From Dehalococcoidia bacterium (GTDB lineage: Bacteria > Chloroflexota > Dehalococcoidia > Dehalococcoidales > RBG-16-60-22): a stretch of DNA of 64,000 bases. The translations under genes were made by a program, and so were the position numbers. The stretch is from assembly GCA_011174815.1 (NCBI GenBank), contig DUFF01000069.1:5603-69602 (forward strand), read 5' to 3'. Positions 1-9,491 of this stretch are shown one piece after another. The notes under the pieces were generated by a model that worked only from the letters and a program-made list of their open reading frames with translations, did not search any database and was not told the DNA's origin. Numbering within the stretch: position 1 is the first letter of the stretch; every line of letters starts with the position of its first letter.

Positions 1-198
1 CTCTATATCCTCGAAGATGAACAATTCCTCAACCGTGGTCTGCAGTGCCCGGGCCACATTGTGTGCCAGCCGCAGCGATGGATTGTACCGGCCCTGCTCC
101 AGAAAAATTATGGTCTCCCGCCGCACACCGACCATCTCGGCCAGTTTCTCCTGGGTCAGATTAAGTCTCGTCCGATATTCCCTGATCCTGGTTTTCAT
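1..198 (-). CDS. XRE-family helix-turn-helix transcriptional regulator (3' end at or beyond left window edge)
   Basis: Absent from the ORF track because it is truncated. Reverse translation from the ATG at 198-196 gives [66 protein letters not shown], a typical Cro/C1-type HTH. It lies directly downstream of the membrane gene at 255-878. Confidence 0.8.
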   Translation of the reverse strand, partial: MKTRIREYRTRLNLTQEKLAEMVGVRRETIIFLEQGRYNPSLRLAHNVARALQTTVEELFIFEDIE

Positions 199-254
199 CG
201 TAAACCAACCAGTGGCATAATTAGCTTTATTACGGAAATGTATGTCTGTCCTTT

Positions 255-878
255 TCAAGAGGTTTTGCGGAACAGTCCCTGGAAAAATATCACCAGACTG
301 CCGATAATCCCCACAGCGAGACCCAGCGGGCATACGATGGTGGCAATGATAAAGAAGACCGGTTCCTCGAAATCGGCGCCCCAGAAGTGCATAATCAGAG
401 CATAAATGGCATTGTGCAGGAAGATGCTTATTATTGCCGCACCGAGCGATATACCCGCTACCAGCAGAAAGGTCTTGAATAATTTTAAACTCCCTTCACT
501 CAGCCGTGGACATACACGGTCGTAGTAAAGATAGGAGAACAGATACACGACTCCGGCGGCGATGAACAAAGCACCCAGAACCTGCACCGTATCCGGCCCC
601 TCAACCAGCCTGACGCTGAAGGGCAGCATCAGGAATGCTGTAGTCACCGCAAAAAAGATAAAACCATTGCGCACCGATTTGCCTGTATTTTCCCTCACCC
701 GTTCATCAATCGGTGGCATTTTCCGTCTTCTGAGCAATGACCACAGCTCACGGTGGCCCAGAAGCAAAAGCCCGACCACAAAGGCCACCACCACGTAGTA
801 AGCCTCCACTGCTATGAGAATAACCGCCACCACAAGGGCCATTATGGCGACCGACCAGAATATTTTCTTCGTCCTCAT
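255..878 (-). CDS. Multi-pass membrane protein (DUF2178-like partner of a small XRE regulator)
   Basis: 207 aa with several hydrophobic helices and a DER motif after the second helix. Pairing with a roughly 66-aa XRE regulator is the usual DUF2178 arrangement. The family assignment is from memory only. Confidence 0.55.
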   Translation of the reverse strand: MRTKKIFWSVAIMALVVAVILIAVEAYYVVVAFVVGLLLLGHRELWSLLRRRKMPPIDERVRENTGKSVRNGFIFFAVTTAFLMLPFSVRLVEGPDTVQVLGALFIAAGVVYLFSYLYYDRVCPRLSEGSLKLFKTFLLVAGISLGAAIISIFLHNAIYALIMHFWGADFEEPVFFIIATIVCPLGLAVGIIGSLVIFFQGLFRKTS

Positions 879-1102
879 CCAACCGCTCCGTAGTTAATTA
901 TTTCTAACGTTATATATTTCTAACACTTTCCCTGGCTTCTGTCAATACCTTTGGCCTTATCTTCAGGTCGATTATTGATAATTTTTACCCGAAAAGGCTC
1001 GGCAAAGCGGCCATTACGCCTGATGCCATTTCAAAAATATTACAAATTGACACGGCGGAAGCAAATCGCAGCTATATGCCAAAAGTCTAGAGCAGGCCAC
1101 TA

Positions 1103-1130
1103 GTTTACATCCGAATATAATATGGTATAA
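1103..1130 (+). promoter_or_regulatory. Sigma70-type promoter candidate (TTTACA, 16 nt, extended -10 TGgTATAAT)
   Basis: tttaca at 1103-1108 and tggtataat at 1122-1130, 23 nt upstream of the ATG at 1153, with aagagg as the SD. Confidence 0.5.
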
Positions 1131-1152
1131 TCTGTGAAAAAGAGGTTTATAT

Positions 1153-2043
1153 ATGCCAAAATGTCCTAATTGTGGTCGGGAGACACTGAGGACAGAAGAC
1201 TGGGCCTGCCAGTGGTGTGGGCATCCGCTTCTTTCCGGTGGTTTCAAGAAAATACCCAAGACTTTCCGGGAAATACAGGAGGAGAGAGCATATAAGGAGA
1301 GGCCGGATATAGAATATGAGCCGGAGCCAGCGCCCGTAACTGAAGCCGAACCGGAACCAGTACCGCCACCGACACCGAAACCAGAAACGCCACCGCCAAC
1401 ACCGGAACCTGAGCTGGAAATGGAGCCCGAGACCCCAACTCCACCTGAGACGGTAGCAGAAGCCAAAGAGGAAACGGAGGTAGAGAAAGAGCCTGCGCCA
1501 CCGCCCGAACCAGAATCCGAGGCCATTGAGGAGAAAGAACCGGAAGCTGAAGCAGAGAAGTTATCTGTACCGGAAGCAGAACCGGAACCAGAACCGGCAC
1601 CGGAGCCAGAGGCAGAAACAGTTGAAGAGCCGGTAGCGGAAATCGAGGCCGAAGAAGAGGCCGTACCAGAACCGGAGCCGGAACCGGTGGCTGTCCCAGC
1701 CTTGGAACCTGAATCAGCCACAGGAATCATTAGCGTGACCGTTGCCGAGTTGAATGCCGCCTTCAAATCGGATAAGGCAGGTTCAAATAACAAGCTATTG
1801 AATAAAACGCTTCAGGTAACCGGAACCGTGGATAAAGTATTCGCCAGAGATAATCTGGATATTTTCTACATTCTGCTGGGAGGTGCGGGTAAACCTCCGT
1901 CCTGGCAGGTACGCTGCACCTTCAGTCGCGAAGACAGTGCGCCTTTATCGCGCCTGACGGAAGGGCAAACGACAACAGTACAGGGCATGTATGTCGGCTA
2001 TGAAAGAAATATCATTCTGAAAGACTGCAGTCTGGTAACGTAA
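1153..2043 (+). CDS. Zinc-ribbon / Pro-Glu-rich linker / C-terminal OB-fold (tRNA_anti-like) protein
   Basis: The N-terminus has CPNCG...CQWCGHP (4-Cys zinc ribbon). About 160 aa of PEPE/EPEP low complexity follow. The C-terminus LNAAFKSDKAGSNNKLLNKTLQVTGTVDKV...VRCTF...LTEGQTTTVQGMYVG...ILKDCSLV matches the tRNA_anti-like OB-fold pattern. Confidence 0.7.
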   Translation: MPKCPNCGRETLRTEDWACQWCGHPLLSGGFKKIPKTFREIQEERAYKERPDIEYEPEPAPVTEAEPEPVPPPTPKPETPPPTPEPELEMEPETPTPPETVAEAKEETEVEKEPAPPPEPESEAIEEKEPEAEAEKLSVPEAEPEPEPAPEPEAETVEEPVAEIEAEEEAVPEPEPEPVAVPALEPESATGIISVTVAELNAAFKSDKAGSNNKLLNKTLQVTGTVDKVFARDNLDIFYILLGGAGKPPSWQVRCTFSREDSAPLSRLTEGQTTTVQGMYVGYERNIILKDCSLVT

Positions 2044-2090
2044 TATGATTAAGACTTCCTGATTTCCAGTTGAAAGGAGGGGAGTTATCA

Positions 2091-2171
2091 ATGTCAGTGT
2101 TGACTTGGGTTGGAATTGTCGTCATTGTTATCCTGATTGTCCTATTCTTCGTGGTAAGAGGCCGACGCTAG
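2091..2171 (+). CDS. Candidate 26-aa single-pass membrane peptide
   Basis: ATG at 2091 preceded by gaaaggagggga (strong SD, about 7-nt spacing). Encodes MSVLTWVGIVVIVILIVLFFVVRGRR, one TM helix with a basic tail. Too short for the ORF track. Confidence 0.35.
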   Translation: MSVLTWVGIVVIVILIVLFFVVRGRR

Positions 2172-2333
2172 AGCGGCATGACTTTTCTCCTTTAAACGCT
2201 AACTGACGGCTACAGAGTGAGGGCTGACATATCAAACCGGCACCAGATTATGTCAGGTCAAAACAAACGCCCAACCGACCTGCCGATTCACAGTGGACAG
2301 TCAACCAGGTTAGGTTTATAATCTCAACCAGAG

Positions 2334-2867
2334 ATGAATTCCAGAACAGAGCTCCGCGTTCTTCTCGACCGTAAAGAGATCGAGACCGCTGTCAGGCGCC
2401 TCGCTTCCGAAATCAGCCAAGATTACCGCAACAAAAATCCTCTTCTGCTGGGCATTCTCAGGGGTTCGTTTGTCTTCCTCGCCGATCTTATCCGCCACCT
2501 TGATTTTCCGCTTGAGATCGACTTCATCGGTCTGTCCAGCTATGGCAGCAGCACGCAGACCTCAGGCAAAATCAAAGTGATGAAGAAGCTGGAGACGCCG
2601 GTACGTGACCGGCATGTGCTGGTCGTGGAGGATATTGTGGATACCGGCCTTACCACCGCCTTCCTCCTTGCTTACCTGCACCGGCGCAAGCCAGCTTCGA
2701 TGAAGCTCTGCGCCCTCACTAACAAGCCCTCACGGCGAAAGGTCCCGGTGGACATTGACTACATCGGTTTTACCGTGCCCAATAAGTTCCTCGTCGGTTA
2801 CGGGCTGGACGCGAACCAGAAATTTCGCAACCTGCCCGATATCTGCTACCTGGAGGACAAAGCATAA
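2334..2867 (+). CDS. hpt: Hypoxanthine phosphoribosyltransferase
   Basis: 177 aa with LLGILRGSFVFLADLIRHL and the PRPP motif VLVVEDIVDTGLT. Its stop overlaps the start of ade. Confidence 0.9.
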   Translation: MNSRTELRVLLDRKEIETAVRRLASEISQDYRNKNPLLLGILRGSFVFLADLIRHLDFPLEIDFIGLSSYGSSTQTSGKIKVMKKLETPVRDRHVLVVEDIVDTGLTTAFLLAYLHRRKPASMKLCALTNKPSRRKVPVDIDYIGFTVPNKFLVGYGLDANQKFRNLPDICYLEDKA

Positions 2868-4573
2868 TGACCGCCAGGCAAGCTAAGCTGATCGCAGCAG
2901 CCAGAGGAGACCGGCCGGCCGACCTTATTCTCGCCAATGGCAAAGTGGTAAACACCTTCACCGGAGAGGTCACCTCGGGAAATGTCGCTATCTGCGGCGA
3001 CCGCATCGCCGGTGTCGGAGACTACCGCGAGGCAAGGCAAACCATAGACGTCTCCGGCAGATACCTTGCCCCAGGCTTCATCGATGGCCACGTTCACCTG
3101 GAAAGCTCAATGCTTGACGTTGGCCAGTACGTGCAGGCGGTGGTACCACGGGGCACCTCGGCCATCGTTACTGACCTGCATGAAATCGCCAATGTCTGCG
3201 GTCTGGATGGGATGCGTTACGTGCTTGACTGCGTCCGCAAGCTGCCCCTTGACCTGTTCCTGATGGCACCGTCCTGTGTACCCGCGACCCACCTTGAGAC
3301 GTCAGGTGCCGCTATCAGCCCCGAGGAGGTTCGCCAGATATTGCGCTGGCGGGAGACCATCGGGCTGGGGGAGGTAATGAACTTCCCCGGCGTCATCCAC
3401 GGCGAGGACACGGTGCTACGCAAAATTGCTTTAAGCCGGGGAAAGATTATTGATGGACACGCCCCCGGCGTCAGGGGAAAAGACCTCAATGCCTACATTG
3501 CCGCCGGCATAGGGTCAGACCACGAATCGGTAACCCTGGAAGAGGCCAAGGAGAAGCTGGAAAAAGGCATGCATGTCATGATACGGGAAGGCTCTGCGGA
3601 AAAGAACCTAGAGGCCCTGCTGCCGCTGGTCACCGATAAGACCTATAAAAGATGCCTTTTCGTGGTTGACGACCGCAGCGCCTATGACCTGCTGCACGAT
3701 GGAGATATCGATGCCGTGGTACGCAAGGCGATCAGGCTCGGCCTTGAGCCGGTGCGGGCCATCCAGCTAGCTACCATAAACGCCGCCGGGTATTTTTGCC
3801 TTGATAGCCTGGGTGCCATCGCCCCCGGCTACTTCGCCAATATCCTGCTGCTTGATGATTTGGATAACCTGTCGGTGCACACGGTCTTCTATCGCGGCCG
3901 CCCGGTCGCCAGAGAGGGAAAGCCTTTGTTTTCACTGCCGCAGGTGGACAATCGCGCCGTAACCGGAACGATAAACATCAAACCATTTGATGCCGGAAAA
4001 TTGAGATTGATGGCTACATCAGAAGAACTGCCCGTTATCGAAGTGGTGCCGGGTCAGATCGTAACCCGGAAACGCTACCTAAAGGTCAAAACGGTAAACG
4101 GCCAGGTTATCCCCGACACTGAACGGGACATCCTGAAGCTGGCGGTGGCGGAAAGGCACCGGGCGACCGGCCACATCGGGCTGGGAATGGTGGTCGGCTT
4201 CGGGCTGAAGAAGGGGGCTCTGGCTTCCTCCGTGGCCCATGATTCGCACAACATCGTCGCCGTTGGGACGAGCGACGAAGATATACTGATGGCGATTCGG
4301 GAGATCGAGCGCCTTCAGGGCGGGCTGGCGGCGGTGGCAGAGGGCAAGGTGCTGGCCAGTCTGGGGCTGTCCATTGCCGGACTGCTCTCCGCTGAACCAT
4401 TGGAAAACGTAGTTGCCCAGCTGGGCAAGCTGGACCAGGCCGCCAGAGAACTCGGCGCCAGGATCCCCTCGCCCTTCGCCACCCTCTCTTTCCTCGCTCT
4501 GCCCGTCATTCCCGAACTCAAGCTCACCGACCGGGGACTGGTGGATGTGAACGAGTTCAGGCTAATCAGTTGA
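2867..4573 (+). CDS. ade: Adenine deaminase
   Basis: 568 aa with GFIDGHVHLESSM, DGHAPG and GSDHES amidohydrolase metal-ligand motifs. The length is typical. Confidence 0.9.
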   Translation: MTARQAKLIAAARGDRPADLILANGKVVNTFTGEVTSGNVAICGDRIAGVGDYREARQTIDVSGRYLAPGFIDGHVHLESSMLDVGQYVQAVVPRGTSAIVTDLHEIANVCGLDGMRYVLDCVRKLPLDLFLMAPSCVPATHLETSGAAISPEEVRQILRWRETIGLGEVMNFPGVIHGEDTVLRKIALSRGKIIDGHAPGVRGKDLNAYIAAGIGSDHESVTLEEAKEKLEKGMHVMIREGSAEKNLEALLPLVTDKTYKRCLFVVDDRSAYDLLHDGDIDAVVRKAIRLGLEPVRAIQLATINAAGYFCLDSLGAIAPGYFANILLLDDLDNLSVHTVFYRGRPVAREGKPLFSLPQVDNRAVTGTINIKPFDAGKLRLMATSEELPVIEVVPGQIVTRKRYLKVKTVNGQVIPDTERDILKLAVAERHRATGHIGLGMVVGFGLKKGALASSVAHDSHNIVAVGTSDEDILMAIREIERLQGGLAAVAEGKVLASLGLSIAGLLSAEPLENVVAQLGKLDQAARELGARIPSPFATLSFLALPVIPELKLTDRGLVDVNEFRLIS

Positions 4574-4591
4574 GAACCGAGGCTTAAAAAG

Positions 4592-5308
4592 ATGAGCGTG
4601 CGTCTTACCAGGCAGCAGCCGATTTTTGAGAACCGTTATGATGCCGGGCGGCAACTGGCTCTCAGGCTGGCCGAGTACCGGAACCGTTCCGCCGTGGTGC
4701 TGGCAATCCCCAATGGCGGGGTACTGGTCGGGCTGGGGGTAGCGCTGGCACTCAATGCAGACTTCAACATCATCATTTCCCGCAAAATCCCCCTGCCCCT
4801 CAGCCCCGAGGGCGGTTTTGGCGCCGTGACCGACGATGGTACCACCATACTCAATGAGGATATGGTGAAACGATTCAACTTGAGCCAGCAGCAGATAAAC
4901 TATCAGGTGAGCCGGGTGAGAACTGACATCCGCCAGCGCAGCCTGCTCTACCACGGCAAAAGACCACCCTCGGTGGTCAAGGGCAAAACGGTGCTCATCG
5001 TTGACGACGGGCTCGCTTCCGGATATACCATGATGGCCGCCGTGGAATCGATACGCTACCGCCAGCCCAACGAGATAATCGTCGCCGTGCCGGTGGCATC
5101 GGCTACAGCACTGCCCAAGGTGGAGAAGGTGGCCAACCGGGTGGTCGCCTGCGTTTCCGGGTTCGGGCCCCAGTTCTACGTCTCCGACTTCTACCGCTAC
5201 TGGCACGAGCCCAGCGACGAGGAAGTACTGCAGTGTTTCAAAGAGTGGGGCCTCCGGCACCGCCCGGATATAAGCTCGCTGGGCAAGAAAAAAGATAATC
5301 AGCCTTAA
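4592..5308 (+). CDS. Phosphoribosyltransferase-family protein
   Basis: 238 aa with IPNGGVLVG and the PRPP-binding loop VLIVDDGLASGYTM. Confidence 0.75.
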   Translation: MSVRLTRQQPIFENRYDAGRQLALRLAEYRNRSAVVLAIPNGGVLVGLGVALALNADFNIIISRKIPLPLSPEGGFGAVTDDGTTILNEDMVKRFNLSQQQINYQVSRVRTDIRQRSLLYHGKRPPSVVKGKTVLIVDDGLASGYTMMAAVESIRYRQPNEIIVAVPVASATALPKVEKVANRVVACVSGFGPQFYVSDFYRYWHEPSDEEVLQCFKEWGLRHRPDISSLGKKKDNQP

Positions 5309-5329
5309 TCCGGCAGCAAACTTATAGTC

Positions 5330-6067
5330 CTAAAGCCCGCCCAGTCCGCCATCCACGCCCAGAACCTGCCCGGTGATATATCTCGCTTCTTCCGATGCCA
5401 GAAACGCCACCGCCTCGGCCACGTCACGGGGCGTGCCCAGAAAGCCGAGCGGTATCCGCTTCAGCATCTCCCCTTTCTGCTCCTCGCTCAACTGCTCCGT
5501 CATTTTGGATACGATGAAGCCAGGGGCAATGGCGTTGACGGTAATGCCGCGCGAGCCGACTTCGCGGGCAAGCGTTTTGGTAAAGCCGATGATACCGGCC
5601 TTGGATGAGGCGTAATTGGCCTGCCCGGGGTTGCCCACTATGCCCACGATGCTGGATATGCTGACAATGCGGCCCCACCGCTGCCTGACCATATGACGCA
5701 GTACGGCGCGGGTACACAGGAAGACGCTCTTCAAATTCACATTGAGCACCGCCTCCCAGTCCTCGTCCGACATCCGCATTAAAAGCTGGTCGCGAGCGAT
5801 GCCCGCATTGTTTACCAGAATATCTACCCGCCTGTATTCACCGGTCGCTTTTTCCACCAGGCCGGCAACATCAGATGTGGAAGTGACATCGGCCGCCACC
5901 GCCAGGCTCTGCCTTCCCATTTCCCTTATCTCCCCAGCTACCGGCTCCGCATCGGCAACGTCGCTGACCACAACGGTGGCACCCGCCTCGGCCAGCCTGA
6001 GTGCAATCTCCCTTCCGATGCCACGGGCACTGCCGGTTACAATGGCTACTTTGCCGGATAGGTCCAT
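5330..6067 (-). CDS. fabG: 3-oxoacyl-ACP reductase
   Basis: 245 aa SDR with VAIVTGSARGIGREIA, NNAG and YASSKAG. Adjacent to fabD. Confidence 0.9.
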   Translation of the reverse strand: MDLSGKVAIVTGSARGIGREIALRLAEAGATVVVSDVADAEPVAGEIREMGRQSLAVAADVTSTSDVAGLVEKATGEYRRVDILVNNAGIARDQLLMRMSDEDWEAVLNVNLKSVFLCTRAVLRHMVRQRWGRIVSISSIVGIVGNPGQANYASSKAGIIGFTKTLAREVGSRGITVNAIAPGFIVSKMTEQLSEEQKGEMLKRIPLGFLGTPRDVAEAVAFLASEEARYITGQVLGVDGGLGGL

Positions 6068-6082
6068 GGTTACCTCCTTGGG

Positions 6083-7027
6083 TTATGCCAGACTGCTGCT
6101 TACCGCCTGCGCATCCCCGATGTTTATGGTCCGGACATCGCGGTTTATCCGCTTTATCAGGCCGGCAAGCACCTTTCCCGGTCCTATTTCAAGAAACGTG
6201 GTCACTCCTTGATCGATCATGTATTCGACGGAACGCTGCCACTGGACACAGTGGCTTAACTGCTGGACAAGCTCTTCCTTTACTGACTGCGCCGTGGTCA
6301 GGGGCTGGGCGGTGGTATTGGCAATGACAGGGATAGCCGGATCGGCAAAGGCGAGCCGGGAAATGATATCCGCCATGCTTTCAATGACGGGCTGCATCAG
6401 CGGAGTGTGGAAGGCAGCGCTCACCGCCAGCGGTATCACCCGGACGGCTCCCCTTTCTTGAGCCAGCGCCATGGCTTCGGTCACACCATCTGTATCGCCG
6501 CCTATAACCAGCTGGCCCGGCGAATTTATGTTCGCAATGCAGGTTCCTGTCTGCTGGCAGACCTCAAGCAGCACCGGTTCCTCAAGGCCGATAACCGCGG
6601 CCATGCTCCCGGGGCGCACGGTGTCTGCTTCATGCATCATACGGCCCCGCTCCCTAGCCAGATAGACCGCGGTCCTGAAATCGAACACCCCGGATACGGC
6701 CAGAGCGGTATATTCGCCGAGGCTGTGGCCGGCCATGAACTGAGCCTCCGGCAGACCGGAGTTAGCCTCGTGGGCGGCCTCCAGACAGGCGTAGCTGGCT
6801 GTCAGAATCGCCGGCTGGGCATTTATCGTAAGCCGCAATTCCTCCTCAGGCCCTTCGAAGCACAGTTGTGAGATGGGAAACTCCAGCACTTCATCTGCCT
6901 GGCGAAAAACAGCCCTAGATGAAGCGAAGTTCTCATACAGGTCACTCCCCATACCCACCAACTGCGAACCCTGACCGGGAAAGACGTAAGCTACCTTAGT
7001 TGCTTCTACCATGGGTTCCCACTGCAT
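6083..7027 (-). CDS. fabD: Malonyl-CoA:ACP transacylase
   Basis: 314 aa with FPGQGSQ, the GHSLGEY active-site serine motif and AFHT. Confidence 0.9.
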   Translation of the reverse strand: MQWEPMVEATKVAYVFPGQGSQLVGMGSDLYENFASSRAVFRQADEVLEFPISQLCFEGPEEELRLTINAQPAILTASYACLEAAHEANSGLPEAQFMAGHSLGEYTALAVSGVFDFRTAVYLARERGRMMHEADTVRPGSMAAVIGLEEPVLLEVCQQTGTCIANINSPGQLVIGGDTDGVTEAMALAQERGAVRVIPLAVSAAFHTPLMQPVIESMADIISRLAFADPAIPVIANTTAQPLTTAQSVKEELVQQLSHCVQWQRSVEYMIDQGVTTFLEIGPGKVLAGLIKRINRDVRTINIGDAQAVSSSLA

Positions 7028-7048
7028 ACCAAATCGGAGGCAAATGTT

Positions 7049-7249
7049 TTATTCTGACCTTGTTGATGGGCCTGATACTTCAATAATCTCTCTGCCGGCA
7101 TAGGTTCCACAGCTGGGGCAGGCGTGATGTGGCAGCTTCGGGCTATGGCACTGGGGGCAGTAATCCAGTCGTGGCGGTGTTAACGCCATATGGCTGCGCC
7201 GCTTGCCGCGGCGCGCTTTGGATATCTTTCTTTTCGGCAATGCTCCCAT
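7049..7249 (-). CDS. rpmF: 50S ribosomal protein L32
   Basis: 66 aa with ALPKRKISKARRGKRRSH followed by CPQC...CPSCG zinc-ribbon cysteines. Confidence 0.9.
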   Translation of the reverse strand: MGALPKRKISKARRGKRRSHMALTPPRLDYCPQCHSPKLPHHACPSCGTYAGREIIEVSGPSTRSE

Positions 7250-7281
7250 AACTTACACTTCCTCTTGCTTTCTGTGATGTA

Positions 7282-7800
7282 CTACTGCAGACCCATCAGC
7301 TTCGACCAGCGCGGGTCAACCGTCTCTACCAGGCAGCTGCAGTCTCCAAGGTTCAAATTACGTCCGCACGTCGGGCAAAGCCCGGCGCAGTCCTCGTGAC
7401 ACAGCGGTTTCATCGGAACCGCCAGCAGCGTGTACTGACGTATTGCTTCGCTCAAATTAATCACGTGATGCTCATCAATGGTGAATAAACCGGGCTCCTC
7501 TGAAGACTGGAGCGGCAGTCCACTGTTTACGTCAATGGTCTGAATGTATTCCTCCTCAAAGCTGATGTTCAGCGGGTAATCAAACGAACTCAGGCAGCGA
7601 CTGCAGGTGAGTTCAAGCTCGGCCTGCAGTTTTCCCCTGACCAGAACGCCGCGCTGCGTCCTGAGCAGACCGACGTCACCGCTTACCGGGCTCTCGCGTC
7701 CGTCTCCGGTAATATCAATCGTTTCGTCTATTGTATATTTACGGGATGACCCGATGGGTTCCTTGAGCAACTGGGAAACATTTATCTCCATAACAGCCAC
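7282..7800 (-). CDS. yceD: YceD/DUF177 family protein (23S rRNA accumulation protein)
   Basis: 172 aa with CSRCL ... CHEDCAGLCPTCGRNLN. It sits in the classic position upstream of rpmF. Confidence 0.85.
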   Translation of the reverse strand: MAVMEINVSQLLKEPIGSSRKYTIDETIDITGDGRESPVSGDVGLLRTQRGVLVRGKLQAELELTCSRCLSSFDYPLNISFEEEYIQTIDVNSGLPLQSSEEPGLFTIDEHHVINLSEAIRQYTLLAVPMKPLCHEDCAGLCPTCGRNLNLGDCSCLVETVDPRWSKLMGLQ

Positions 7801-7871
7801 CTCCTCGCCAGCCAGTTCTTTTTATTATAGTCCAAGCTGCGGCTTGCCCGCAAGCTCAGTGAAACTTTGTG

Positions 7872-8480
7872 CTACGAATTCATCGCCTTGATTATGGTGA
7901 TGAGGCCGTCATTCAGATAGCCTCTTTTGACCTCGGCAAGATGGTTTCTGGCCAGCAAGACGTCCAGCCCGCCCTGCGCCAAGTAATCTTTGAAACAACG
8001 ATGGTGCTTCCCGCCGGCGAAAAACTCAATCAATTTGACCAACCAGGGTAACAGGTTATCAGGCAGTGGAACCTGAAAATCAAGGAAAAGCAAAATACCG
8101 CCTTTTTTGACCACCCTCTTCATCTCCGCAATTATATTGTCCCGCGCCGTCCTCTCTTTTTCGTGCAGGGCGAATGAGATGGAAGCACAGTCAAAGCTAT
8201 TGTCCCTGAACGGCAGGTGCTGCGCATCGGCTCTATAAAAGGACACATTTTTCGAGTTTTTGTTTCTTCTATCTTTTATGGCCAGTTTGAGCATATTCGG
8301 GTCCAGCTCTATGCCCGCAGTCATCATACCCGCCCGGGCATAGTGAAAGGCCTGGTCCCCGGTACCACAGCAAACATCCAGCACCCTATCGCCAGCCTTC
8401 ATTCTGGAAAAATATATGGCATAAAGCCTGACGCCTCGTAAGAGAGGGTCTATTACGGTGGCGTAGTTCAAGAAAAACAT
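7872..8480 (-). CDS. Class I SAM-dependent methyltransferase
   Basis: 202 aa with motif I VLDVCCGTGD and the post-I region GIELD. Substrate unknown. Confidence 0.75.
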   Translation of the reverse strand: MFFLNYATVIDPLLRGVRLYAIYFSRMKAGDRVLDVCCGTGDQAFHYARAGMMTAGIELDPNMLKLAIKDRRNKNSKNVSFYRADAQHLPFRDNSFDCASISFALHEKERTARDNIIAEMKRVVKKGGILLFLDFQVPLPDNLLPWLVKLIEFFAGGKHHRCFKDYLAQGGLDVLLARNHLAEVKRGYLNDGLITIIKAMNS

Positions 8481-8485
8481 TGGGA

Positions 8486-9481
8486 CTACCGTTTCTTAAG
8501 CTTTTCGATAAGCAGCGGCACCACCTGGAAAAGGTCGCCCACGATGCCGTAGGTAGCCACCTCGAAGATAGGGGCGTGGGGGTCATCGTTGATGGCGACG
8601 ATGCACTCCGACGTCTGCATTCCCACCACGTGCTGCAGGGCGCCTGAAATGCCCACGGCGATGTAAAGACGGGGGCAGACTGTTTTGCCTGTCTGGCCTA
8701 TCTGGTGCGGGTAAGCGAGCCACCCCTCGTCCACCGCCACCCGCGTGGCACCCACCGCACCACCCATGACCGAGGCCAGCTCCTGTATCATCTCAAAATT
8801 TTCCGCCTTTTCCAGACCGCGCCCGCCGGCGACGATGACATCTGCCTCCTCAATTTTGACCGTTTCCGCAACCTCGGCGACAAATTCCACCAGCTTCGTC
8901 CGCGAGGTGTAACGCTCCCGCTTGAAGTCCACCTTTATTATCTCCCCTTTGCGGCTTCCGTCCGTCTCATGCAGGGAAAAGACGTGGGGGCGCACCGTCG
9001 CCATCTGTGGTCGCGCCTCAGGACAGGTGATGACGGCCAGGATATTGCCGCCGAAAGTGGGCTTGGTCTGTAAAAGCAGCCTTTTATCGGCGTCTATATC
9101 CAGGTCAGTACAGTCGGCGGAGAGGCCGGTGGGCAATGCCGCTGCCACGCGGGGAATGAAGGCACGACCCAGAGCAGTGGCGCCGGCCAAGAGGATCTCC
9201 GGTCGGTGCTGCTGAACCAGCTCGACGAGCTGCTGTGTCAGGAGGTCTTCCTGATTATCGCCCAGCTCGGCGCTATCAACAAGGTATATTTTATCCACGC
9301 CGTGGGCAATCAGGCCATTGACGTCATCGACTTCGTGGCCGAAACAGACGGCGCTCAGTTCCACCCCCAGGGCATCAGCCAGTTCTCTCGCCCTGCCTAA
9401 AAGCTCGTAGGCAACGTTCTTGATTTGACCGTTCCTCTGCTCGGCGAATACCCAGATGCCGCTATAATCCTCGTTACCCAT
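8486..9481 (-). CDS. etfA: Electron transfer flavoprotein alpha subunit
   Basis: Has PRLYIAVGISGALQHVVGM (FAD-binding signature). I prefer the start at MGNEDYSGIWVFAEQ (9481) over the ORF-track start at 9508, because it avoids overlap with etfB. Confidence 0.88.
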   Translation of the reverse strand: MGNEDYSGIWVFAEQRNGQIKNVAYELLGRARELADALGVELSAVCFGHEVDDVNGLIAHGVDKIYLVDSAELGDNQEDLLTQQLVELVQQHRPEILLAGATALGRAFIPRVAAALPTGLSADCTDLDIDADKRLLLQTKPTFGGNILAVITCPEARPQMATVRPHVFSLHETDGSRKGEIIKVDFKRERYTSRTKLVEFVAEVAETVKIEEADVIVAGGRGLEKAENFEMIQELASVMGGAVGATRVAVDEGWLAYPHQIGQTGKTVCPRLYIAVGISGALQHVVGMQTSECIVAINDDPHAPIFEVATYGIVGDLFQVVPLLIEKLKKR

Positions 9482-9491
9482 ACCCTTGCCT

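Noticed and set aside
1014-1793. 259-aa minus-strand ORF, and the 118-aa ORF at 1244-1600, rich in Ser/Gly/Ala
   Set aside because: They are antisense to the Pro/Glu low-complexity linker of the gene at 1153-2043. The composition is the mirror image of PEPE codons, and there is no start context or domain.
2172-2333. Possible purine riboswitch upstream of hpt-ade (hairpin ctgacata...tatgtcag at about 2224-2256 and an accggcacc string reminiscent of the purine aptamer)
   Set aside because: I could not build the three-way junction (P1/P2/P3) or find the conserved J1/2 and J2/3 nucleotides. The resemblance is limited to a few bases. An Rfam scan would settle it.
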